Assembly: GCF_006345805.1 (NCBI RefSeq)
Contig: NW_021824411.1
Span: 1 to 21,113 of the forward strand
DNA length: 21,113 bases
Direction of reading: 5' to 3'
DNA from: Octopus sinensis
Lineage: Eukaryota
Positions within the stretch are counted from its first letter, which is position 1; every line of letters begins with the position of its first letter. Shown one piece after another: positions 1 to 9,919 of this stretch. The notes under the pieces are model-generated. The model had not been told where the DNA came from, made no database searches, and was given only the letters and a program-made list of their open reading frames with translations. Made by a program: the position numbers and the translations under genes.

Positions 1-2170
1 GACAGAAGAATATATAAGAGTGATGATTGATTCGATAATGAGAATAATGAAAAGAAAACAAAATAGAGAAAAAGAAGAAGAAAATGAAGAGAAGAAAAGA
101 GAAGAAGAAGAGAAGAAGAATGAAGAATACAATAAAAGAAGAAGAAGAAGAAGAAGAATATATAAGAGTGATGATTGATCAGAAATGAAATAATATAAGA
201 AAAACAAAATAAGAGAAAAAAGAAGAAGAAAATGAAGAGGAAGAAGAAGAAGAGAAGAAAAAAGAAGAGAAGAAGAAGAAAGAAGAAAAAGAAGAAGAAG
301 AAGAAGAAGAAGAATATATAAGAGTGATGATTGAATCAGATAATGAGAATAAGGAAAAAAAAACCAAATAAGAGAAAAAAGAATAAGAAATGAAGAGGAA
401 GAAGAAGAAGAAGAAAAGAAGAGAAGAATATTAAGAGTATGATGATTCAGAAAATGAAATGAGAATAATGAAAAGAAAAACAATAGAGAAAAAAGAAGAA
501 GAAAATGAAGAGAAGAAGAAGAAGAAGAAGAGAAGAAGAAGAAGAAGAAGAATAAGAAGAAGAAGAATAAGACGAAGAAGAAGAAGAAGAAGATATATAA
601 GAAGTGATGATTGATTCAGATATGAGAATAATGAAAGAAAAAAACAAAATAAGAGAAAAAAGAAGAGAAATGAATAGAAGAAGAAGACGAAGAAGAGAAG
701 AAGAGAAGAATATATAAGAGTGATGATTGATTCAGAAAATGATAATCATGAAAAGAAAACAAAATAAGAGAAAAAGAAGAAAAGAAGAGTAAGAAAGAGG
801 AAGAGCATCGAGAAGAAGCCGAAGAAGAAAGAAGAAGAAGACGAAGAACGAATAAGAAGAAGAAGAAGAAAAGAAGAAGAATATATAAGAGTGAATGATT
901 GATTCAGATAATGAGAATAAGGAAAAGAAAACAAAATAATAGAAAAAAGAAGAAGCAAATGAAGAGGAAGAAGAAGAAGAAGAAGACGAAGAAGAGAATA
1001 ATAATAGATTATGATTGATTCAGAAAATGAGAATAATGAAAAAAAACCAAATAAGAGACAAAAGAGAAGAAAATGAAGAGGAGAAGAAGAAGAAGAAGAA
1101 GAAGAAGAAGAGAAGAAGAAGAAGAAGAAGAAGAAAAGACTAGAAGAAGAAGAAGAATATATAAGAGTGATGATTGATTCAGATAATGAGAATCGGAAAA
1201 GAAAAACAAATAAGAGAAAAAAGAAGAATAAATGAAGAGGAAGAAAAAGAAGAATAAGAAGAAGAAGAAGAAGAAGAAGAATATATAAGAGTGATGATTG
1301 ATTCAGATAATGAGAATAAGGAAAAGAAAAACAAAATAAGAGAAAAAAGAAGAAGAAAATGAAGGGGAAGAATAAGAAGAAGAAGAAGAAGAAGAGAAGA
1401 ATATATAAGAGTGATGATTGATTCAGAAAATGAGAATAATGAAAAGAAAAACAAAATAAGAGAAAAAAGAAGAAGAAAATGAAGAGGAAGAAGAAGAAGA
1501 AGAAGAAGAGAAGAAGAAGAAGAAGAAGAAGAAGAAGAAGAAGAAGAAGAAGAGAAGAAGAAGAAGAAGAATATATAAGAGTGATGATTGATTCAGATAA
1601 TGAGAATAAGGAAAAGAAAAACAAAATAAGAGAAAAAAGAAGAAGAAAATGAAGAGGAAGAAGAAGAAGAAGAAGAAGAAGAAGAGAAGAATATATAAGA
1701 GTGATGATTGATTCAGAAAATGAGAATAATGAAAAGAAAAACAAAATAAGAGAAAAAAGAAGAAGAAAATGAAGAGGAAGAAGAAGAAGAAGAAGAAGAA
1801 GAAGAAGAAGAAGAAGAAGAAGAAGAGAAGAATATATAAGAGTGATGATTGATTCAGATAATGAGAATAAGGAAAAGAAAAACGAGATAGGAGAAAGAAG
1901 AGGGAGAAAATGAAGAAGAAGAAGAAGAAGAAGAAGAAAAAAGGAGGAGAAGAAGAAGAAGAAGAAGGAGAAGAAGAAGAAGAAGAAAAAAAGATGAAGA
2001 AAAAGAAGAAGATGAAGAAAAAGATGAAGATGAAGAAAAAGAAGAAGAAGAAGAAGAAGGAGGAGGAGAAGAAATAATAAGAAGAAGAGAAGAAGAAGAA
2101 GAAGAAGAAGAAGAAGAAGAAGAAGAAGAAGAAGAAGAAGAAGAAGAAGAAGAAGAAGAATGAGATGAGG
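1..2170. repeat. Minisatellite: 14 copies of an ~85-bp core separated by variable (GAA)n tracts, ending in near-pure (GAA)n
   Basis: Core AATATATAAGAGTGATGATTGATTCAGA(T/A)AATGAGAATAA(G/T)GAAAAGAAAAACAAAATAAGAGAAAAAAGAAGAAGAAAATGAAGAG recurs at about 9, 157, 313, 427, 593, 709, 880, 997, 1156, 1280, 1400, 1570, 1690 and 1831; spacing varies with GAA length. Confidence 0.95.
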
Positions 2171-2437
2171 AAGAAACCACAAAACACAAGAAATTATAAA
2201 TTTTTCAAACCATAATGATTAAATCCATGGTTGTTTCCTAAGAAGCTCAGAACAGAATATAAAGTCCCCTTTTTAAAACAAACAGAAAAATGGCTTGAAC
2301 CCTATATTCATCGCAGAAAACAACCCACACAACACAATAGATCAACCAGCGTTAGTTTAGAGGATAATTCCTGTGAAAAATCAAAGAAAATATAGAAAAT
2401 ATTAGAGACTCAACCACCAAGATTAAAAATTTTCTCT

Positions 2438-2477
2438 AGGCGCAGGAGTGACTGTATGTTGAATATTCTGCTTACCC
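2438..2477 (+). mobile_element. Short remnant of a SINE 5' head (same family as 14305-14461)
   Basis: GCGCAGGAGTGACTGTATGTTG...GCTTACCC resembles GCGCAGGTGTGGCTGTTTGATG...GTTTCCC at 14305; short and diverged. Confidence 0.35.
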
Positions 2478-2689
2478 ATGAGTCTTTGTTGTCAGTGTAC
2501 GCATGCGTCATTCTGTTTTGTACTGATGAAGATAGCCAGCAGTGTTTAGCCTGCCAAAAAGAACCTGCTGCAAGGTAAGACTTTCTTCTCTTGGGTTCAG
2601 TGGGTGTCGTTGTCTGTGGTTATAATTTTTACAAACAAGGAGTCCTCACTGGATTCAGGATGTTGCTCTGCTTGCAGTTCAACAATATT

Positions 2690-2949
2690 GTTCATATTAA
2701 GTGAAAATTTTTTCTGATTGTGAGACGTATAGTTTGGGGTCGTATCCTTCAAACAAAAGTTGTTCACTTTTTAAATAGTGTATGTTTTTACAACAAAAAT
2801 TTACCATTAATTGGAAGCTGTATTTCAAGTATTCACACTAAGTGAAATTTCTTTTCTTATAGTGCGAAGTATAGTTTGGTGGCCTATCCTGTCACCAAAA
2901 GTTGTTCGCTGTTTGTGAATAGCGTGTATTTTTACAACTAACTTTACCA
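2690..2949. repeat. Diverged tandem duplication, period about 141 bp
   Basis: 2690-2806 and 2831-2949 align through shared blocks AAGTGAAA, GTATAGTTTGG, TATCCT, CAAAAGTTGTTC, AATAG, TTTTTACAAC and TTTACCA. Confidence 0.8.
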
Positions 2950-3122
2950 ATAGCCCAAGTTCTAATCAGAGTACCATAGAAACTGGAGTACCTAAATGCC
3001 CAGAAGATTTGTTTGCTGTGTTTTGTTGAGCTGTTTACTTTTCTCTTTTTCCCTTTTGTTTCCTTTTGCTTTCTTTTCTTTTCGAAATTTGTCTTGGACT
3101 TTTTAACTTTTTAATTTAAAAC

Positions 3123-4260
3123 GTGGCAAAAAATACGGATAAGATTGTAGCGTGGCAGATTGTCCCACCTAAGGAGTGGCTCAGACAGCAAGAGGAGGGG
3201 ACGTTGGTGTTGAAAATGTATTCGAAGGTCTCGATATCAATGCCGTCTACTCGAAGCAAATGATTGAGCAGGAGTTGGCGGAACATCTGCCAACAATTAA
3301 GTATATCTCTAGGGGTGTCAAATATGCAGTTGCTGTTTTCCAGCCCAGAGGAGGCTCACAGTTTTGCGAGCCAGCCCTTTGAGGGTAAAGAAATTTTGTT
3401 TCTTACCACTTATTGTGGGAAAAAAATTGACGAGGGCTTGGATCTGCGGTTTGCCACCTGGAATTGAACCCTAGTGGATAGAGGATACTATCCACCGGGG
3501 TTTGAGTGGCGGCTGAGCCAGGCTCCTCAATTCTTCCTGTGGTTGATTGGGTTGGGTCAAAAGCTGTTTTGACCCTGTGGACCCAATCAGCCATGAATCT
3601 GGTTATGCCAGATTTTTTTTAAATGGCCGGGTGCAGGTACCTGATGATTCCTGAGAGTGGCCCCCCCCCCGGTGTCATCGGTACCTGGAGCTTGGCCATA
3701 TAAAGAAACACTGTCCTCAGGAACAAAGCAAAGTCCTGGAGCAGCGGATTGAGACCTCTGTAGAAGAAGGAACGAAGGCAGCCGAGGGGACGGAAGACTC
3801 CTCAAAGAAGGGTCGCAAGAGGAAGATGGTGAGCAACAATGAGTGCTCACCGAAGGATCCTGGGAGGAGAGGCAAATCTACCGGACACGGAGGAGACGCA
3901 CTCTCCCTCAGTTGAGAAGAAAAAAGAGGAAGTTGAAGAAAAAGGGGACATTGCCGGCAGTCGATGACATAGCACGGAAATGTCCCGGTACCTTGCCGGT
4001 AGGGGAAGTGACACCGTTGGGGGGAATTGTGCCGCCATCAGTAGAATTGACTACCTCGAACACGGAAGAAATGGAACTATTTTCTTCTTCTACAGAGACG
4101 GTGAGGTAGAAGAGGTGGTGGAAAAGCACCATAAGGGAGTAGCATTAACCTTCACACAGGATCCCGAATGGCCCCCGCAGATAACAGCTGAGATCATAAC
4201 GTTGCCCGTGCCGTATATGTTGCAGGGAATCAATGAGGAATATCGCTTGTGTCGACTATT
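3123..4260 (+). pseudogene. Decayed gag-like ORF1 (CCHC zinc knuckle), probably from a non-LTR retrotransposon of L1/Tx1-like type
   Basis: GC-richer island with protein-like segments across frames: MIEQELAEHLPTIKYISRGVKY, SSPEEAHSFASQP, TRAWICGLPPGIEP*WIEDTI, MAGCRYLMIPES, then C-H-R-Y-L-E-L-G-H-I-K-K-H-C at 3673-3714 (CX2CX4HX4C with the second Cys as TAC, one substitution from TGC). Several stops and frameshifts, one in the C10 run at 3661-3670. Boundaries approximate; clade is inference. Confidence 0.7.
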
Positions 4261-4561
4261 GTTTGTTGTTGTTTGTTCCTTCTCGAGCCATGCTTGGCTC
4301 ATAAGGGCCGGTTTCCCGGTTTCTTGGCGTATAGGTTACCCACCTGGACGGGACGCCGGTCCGTCGCAGGTAAGCTGCAAGATGCAGGAGGAAAGAGTGA
4401 GAGAAAGTTGTGGCGAAAGAGTCAGCAGAAGTTCGCCATTACCTTCTTCATTACCTAGGTGTTTTCGCTCGTAAACACACACATTGCCTGTTCTGAGATT
4501 CGAACCTACGATCCCTTGACCGCGAGTCCACTGCTCTAACCACTAGGCCATGTGCCTCCAC
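4261..4561 (-). mobile_element. Full-length tRNA-derived SINE (copy A) with 11-bp TSD and AAC-rich tail
   Basis: Minus strand starts GTGGAGGCACATGGCCTAGTGGTTAG (Pol III A box) and has GGTTCGAATCTC (B box); it ends AACAAACAACAACAAAC. TSD TGTCGACTATT at 4250-4260 and 4562-4572. Confidence 0.92.
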
Positions 4562-4659
4562 TGTCGACTATTCCTTATACTGATCGATCCGTTTCGGCTA
4601 TTACATACATATTCATAAATATAGGTTTATTATGTAATGTACCACATATATTCTTGATA

Positions 4660-4778
4660 TACTCTTTACTCTTTTACTTGTTTCAGTCATTTGACTGCGG
4701 CCATGCTGGAGCACCGCCTTTAATCGAGCAACCCGACCCGGGACTTATTCTTTGGTAAGCCCAGTACTTATTCTATCG
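4660..4778 (-). mobile_element. 3' fragment of a second SINE family (same as 20395-20562)
   Basis: GTTTCAGTCATTTGACTGCGGCCATGCTGGAGCAC and AAGCCCAGTACTTATTCTATCG match GTTTCGGTTATTTGACTGCGGGCTTGCTGGAGCAC and AAGCCTAGTGCTTATTATATCG at 20403-20492. Orientation is from recalled family structure. Confidence 0.75.
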
Positions 4779-4945
4779 CACATTTCTTCCTCAATCGGCG
4801 TCATTAGGAAGACAGTTATTCAAAATTATACCCATCAGCCCATGGAGATGTACAACAAGAAAATTGTAGCAAACTGTGTGATAGTGGCGTCAGACGTGAC
4901 ATACAGTCCGTCATGTAACTTGCTTTATTCTTCTCTTAAGAATTC

Positions 4946-5070
4946 AGTATGAACATACGCATTGCGTGTTCATACTCGTCTTTCCGCTTCTTACTCAAGG
5001 CTGTTTACAGATCACAACCGTCTCACGAACGTGCGTTCGTGATGAGCGCTTCGTGTTCGAATGGTTGTGA
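4946..5070 (+). other. Cluster of inverted repeats (four potential stems)
   Basis: AGTATGAACA 4946-4955 / TGTTCATACT 4967-4976; TCACAACC 5012-5019 / GGTTGTGA 5063-5070 enclosing TCACGAACG 5023-5031 / CGTTCGTGA 5034-5042 and GAGCGC 5044-5049 / GTGTTC 5053-5058 (two G-U pairs). Confidence 0.7.
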
Positions 5071-5141
5071 AAAAGAAGTAGAATACTTTTATAATTTAGA
5101 GCGTCACCCTCTTTCAGATTTCTTATTTGCTGACGATAAAT

Positions 5142-5250
5142 ATGTGTGTGTGTGTGTGTGTTTGTGAACGTGTGTGTGTTTTTGTGAACGTGTGAGTGAG
5201 TATATGTTTGTGTGTGTGTGTGTTTGTGCGTGCGTGTGTGTATGTGTGCG
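5142..5250. repeat. Imperfect (GT)n microsatellite
   Basis: Direct reading. Confidence 0.9.
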
Positions 5251-5387
5251 TAAATTATAATAATAAACTTAAGCCAAATACGAAGATTCTGAAATCACGT
5301 AATACATACGTTTCGCATCTGCGTAGTATATAATAGGAAACTCAACTCTAAAATTTGGAAGCTGTGCATCTCTTCTAAGCCTAACAC

Positions 5388-5388
<1 letters not shown>

Positions 5389-5418
<30 letters not shown>

Positions 5419-5434
5419 AGAGGGAGAGAGAGAG
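5389..5434. repeat. (GA)n microsatellite
   Basis: Direct reading. Confidence 0.9.
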
Positions 5435-6424
5435 AAACTGCGAAATGGAAAGAGAGATACACAAATCCACAAAGGAGTGTAGAGAGCGACAGACGCAGTG
5501 AATATTACGGCATATCAAGAAGCGATTAGGAAATGAATAATATCTCTCAGAGACGCAAAACGTGAATAAAAATTGTCCCTTTTTGAGAGAAATTTTAGGC
5601 ACCAAGAGAAAACATGTGTTCGTAGCCATTAAATTTGTAACCTGTGTCGAGATGAATGATGAGAAAATATATACAATACAGGAATATAAAGATTCTTATG
5701 GAAAAATATCCGGAAAAAGATATAAAGTATAAATATATAATATAAAAATCTCAATAAAAGTTGTGGAGGAAAGTATTTTGTTGAAACAAGTAAAAACCAA
5801 TTGAAGCGAAATAAATTGTGGTCGTTTGTTTCGTTAAATGTTACCTTTCTGTTTCACAATAAGCAGACGACATCAACTCTCTTAGGGATAAAAAGAGAGA
5901 AAAACAAGGACGAAACGAATAAATTCAGTGAACACATTCAATGGATAGAGATACATTGACGAATATATCGATAAATCGAGAAGAACTAACTGGGGGGAAA
6001 ACAGAGAGGTAGATGTGAATGTGATAGAAAAAGGGGTCTTTTATTAAAAAGTAATGTTTAATGTAGCGTAGAGAACATTTCGGAGAATGCGTGAAATGAG
6101 AAAAATGGCCGCCCGGTTTGACGTAACTTTGTTTGTGTTTATTTTCGGTTCTGCTTTGCTTTAAGTATTTTGTTTTAGATTTTTACTTGTTAGTTTGTTT
6201 GCTGTGATTTTTTTGTGTTGTTGTCCTTGTGTACATTTTTTTTACCCTTTAGTTTTTAGTTGTTTTTTTTTATTTCTGGGAGGTTTTTAATTGCTTTTCA
6301 GCAAAGATTGACTTTATGAAGATATATGATGTTGGTGATCATCAAATTGGAAATCGATTGATTTCAAGAGGAGAGATCAGAGTCCAATCAAGTTCAAATG
6401 AAATAAAACTCAAAACAAATACGA

Positions 6425-6539
6425 ACATACGTACATATATATGCATATATGTATATATATATATATGTGTATATAAATATACATACATACATATATATAT
6501 ACAAACATACATGCAAACATATATATATGTATATAAATA

Positions 6540-6594
<55 letters not shown>

Positions 6595-6877
6595 CATCCC
6601 TTTATTTATATAGAGATATTCATATACTTATGTATGTATACACACTAAAAACACGTATAATATAATTGCAAACCCAATCAATTTCAATGAATTAATTCTA
6701 ACATCAAATGTGTGCACATATACACACAGTCACACACACACACACGCAAACATACATACAAACATAGTACAAATAGATATACATACATGCATACATACAT
6801 ATATGTAAGCGTATATATACGTTCATCCATATAGATGTTAGCATATATATTTCTCTGTCACTTTCTCTCTCTCTATA

Positions 6878-6912
<35 letters not shown>

Positions 6913-6922
6913 GCTCATATAT

Positions 6923-6974
<52 letters not shown>

Positions 6975-7157
6975 TATATGTATATATATAAGGGAAACGT
7001 TAGAAGCAAAAATCTTTCAAACAAATAAAGGAAATAACAAAACAAACATCTGAAAACAAATACAACCCATAAATAAACATGTTAGAAAAGAAGCAAATTA
7101 AACACACCAATACATACGCCTATATATATATATATATACGGATACACAAATACATCA

Positions 7158-7234
<77 letters not shown>

Positions 7235-7330
7235 CGTGTAAATGTGTGTATATTTGCTAGTGTGTGTCTATGTGTGTGTATGTATATATATATATGCAAA
7301 TATACAGATATATATGTCGAGTCAATAAAA
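6425..7330. repeat. Compound (AT)n/(AC)n/(ATAC)n microsatellite region
   Basis: Several interrupted (AT)n tracts with short unique spacers; source of the YIYI ORFs. Confidence 0.9.
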
Positions 7331-7496
7331 TTTTGTTTTAAAACAAAAGTAAAGAACGGAGAATATAAAATCAAAAATAGCAGACGACAAGAAAAACATT
7401 ACGAAACAACGGCTGTAAAATCAAATAATCAAATAGAAACAACACGCAGTATATAAACAAACAATTTATGGAGTGAATAAAACGAAGAAACTAAAA

Positions 7497-7509
7497 TGAT
7501 AATAATAAC

Positions 7510-7564
<55 letters not shown>

Positions 7565-7576
7565 TAATAATAATAA
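7497..7576. repeat. (TAA)n microsatellite
   Basis: Direct reading. Confidence 0.9.
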
Positions 7577-7859
7577 GCTGGAAAGAGGTTGTGAAACAAA
7601 ATATACGTAAACAAATACGGATTTAGAAAATTAAGAGATAAATAAGAGAATAAAGAAGTAATAACGAGAATAAAAATATTGGTGGTGGGCAGGGATGGTA
7701 GGATGGGAGAAATGGTGGAAAGGATATGGAGAGAGAGAAAGAGAGAGAGAGTGCTCAATAAATAATGAAGGAGAGGAAGAGCTTAAGAATGAAAGAAATT
7801 AGGTAAGAATTTCAGTAGAAAATGAAGAGTAAAAGAGAAGGGTAAAAAATACATAAAAG

Positions 7860-8204
7860 ACAAATACACATATATATATATATATATATACATATATACA
7901 TGCATATATAAATATATATGCAAATATATATAAATATGTATATATATAATATATATATATATACATATATACATGCATATATAAATATATATATATATAT
8001 ATATGCAGACGTATTATTTACGTATATATATATGTGTACACATATATATATATATATTATATATATATATATAATATATATATATATATGCAGACGTATT
8101 TATTTACGTATATATATATGTGTACACATATATATATATATGCAGACGTATTTATTTACGTATATATATATGTGTACACATATATATATATATGCATATA
8201 TAAC

Positions 8205-8302
<98 letters not shown>

Positions 8303-8395
8303 CGTGTAAGTATGTATGTACGTATGTATGTATATATGTATATAGATATACATATCTATCTAGCTATATAAATACATATATGTGTGTGTGTGAAT
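7860..8395. repeat. (AT)n region containing a three-copy ~50-bp minisatellite
   Basis: TGCAGACGTA(T)TTATTTACGTATATATATATGTGTACACATATATA at about 8004, 8089 and 8141. Confidence 0.9.
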
Positions 8396-8750
8396 TGGGC
8401 TACATTGACGTGTGTGATTAGATGTGTACACACTTATAATGACGCTGAAGAAAGCACACATTAAATTTACGAATATATATGTTTATATATATGTGTGTCA
8501 CTGTGTCAGTGTTAGCGGCGTCGCTGTATGGAAGCGTCAGCATTTCTGTAATGATATCCAACTGATTAAGTAACGCAACAAACTGAAAATGTTAAGGACA
8601 ATATGGGGAACTTTGAGTGATCTGCAACCAAGATGAATAGGGGTAATAGATACATCTTTGCATTCGTTCATATATATCTGACTGTAACGGTCAATCCACC
8701 CCTATTCCTCTCCCAACATCATACTCTGTCTGTCTGTCTTTTTCTCATTT

Positions 8751-8784
<34 letters not shown>

Positions 8785-9042
8785 AAATATTAGGGAATAA
8801 ATCCAAACTTAAAGGGAAAAATCGCTAAGTTAAATATTTAAATCACCTGAAGAATGACTGTAACTCGAATTTTTTAAGAATCGGACTGCCATGAAACGAT
8901 CTTAGTGTTATACTAATTATCTTTTTTTAATAATTTTGATATATATTTAAAATAATATAAATAATTAATCTTATGTATTGGCTTAAGTTTTTCATTGTAT
9001 GATTTGCCTAATGGTTTTATCTCTAATTTAATATAATATATA

Positions 9043-9087
<45 letters not shown>

Positions 9088-9780
9088 TTTGACAAGGGCT
9101 TGGCTTGTGCCTCACCACGCACTGAAAATAGACGTCAAGAGACACTATTACCACCATAGGTTTTCCGAGAGAAACACACTACATACAAGGTTAGCAAAAG
9201 AAAGAAAATGTATCAAAACTTCGGTTAACCGCATACAAGTTCGTGTTTAGGGCTTAAAGTAATTGAGTAACATTATATATTGCCTTCATCAGCGTCGGTA
9301 CTCCTGGCATAAATATACGAAGAGCCACGGATATGTGAAGGAACTATATATAGCACCGCCACGACAACATCGATATCTTCGTCTGCCGTAAGGCATTATT
9401 TTCCAAATACGCCAGCTAAGCTAACTTGAACTGTCTGAAGTCGTAAGACACCTGTTGTTGTTGTTTTTGTCCTGTTATTATTATTGTTTTTTTTGTATTT
9501 ATATTCGTGTGGCATCGTCCGTTTTTCTGTCCTTGTTTCGTATACGTTCGATCCTTTTTCCAAGAAATCTAATGCCCGTAGCTTAGTTTTTCCTTGGGGA
9601 TGGCCGGATCGGAGCGATCTCAAGATTAATCAGCCGAAATTGCGAGGATGATCCGGTTCTTGACTGAAGATTAGAGGCTTCGAATAACCCGTCCGTTTTT
9701 TGTGTCGTCTATTTGAATGTTTTGCGTTCTTGCCCCATTTTGTATTTTTATATATACTTTTTATATATACATATATATAT

Positions 9781-9811
<31 letters not shown>

Positions 9812-9877
9812 TGGGGGGAGAGATAGAGAGAGACGTACATCTTTCATTTTATATAATACACATATATGTATATATTA

Positions 9878-9918
<41 letters not shown>

Positions 9919-9919
<1 letters not shown>

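Noticed and set aside
1-1900. CRISPR-like repeat-spacer appearance
   Set aside because: The spacers are only variable (GAA)n, the repeat is ~85 bp, there are no cas genes, and the context is eukaryotic.
746-2182. 478-aa minus-strand ORF and overlapping F/L/S-rich ORFs
   Set aside because: These are translations of (TTC)n, which has no stops. The plus-strand core frame hits TGA in each intact unit.
2476-2574. Possible exons on either strand (minus 2476-2550, plus 2496-2574)
   Set aside because: The minus-strand donor lies in a SINE-head remnant, neither peptide is recognisable, and there is no supporting partner exon.
3980-4474. 164-aa ORF as an intact gene
   Set aside because: From 4261 it reads antisense through TSD-flanked SINE A; the first half belongs to the decayed ORF1-like region.
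4490-4561. tRNA gene calls for SINE heads (also near 12480-12554 and 16170-16241)
   Set aside because: A and B boxes are present but there is no complete cloverleaf, and each continues into a SINE body with a tail and TSD.
6316-8421. YI-repeat ORFs
   Set aside because: Translations of (AT)n.
9280-9385. Minus-strand peptide ending STDADEGN, resembling a cadherin DxDxGxN motif
   Set aside because: It is bounded by stops, lacks the other cadherin motifs and clean splice sites, and the spacing is off.
8771-9730. CTGAAGA...CGAAT motifs near 8848 and 9665 as hammerhead or Penelope signatures
   Set aside because: No supporting stems. The surrounding islands may be interspersed repeats, but I cannot support a class from the window.
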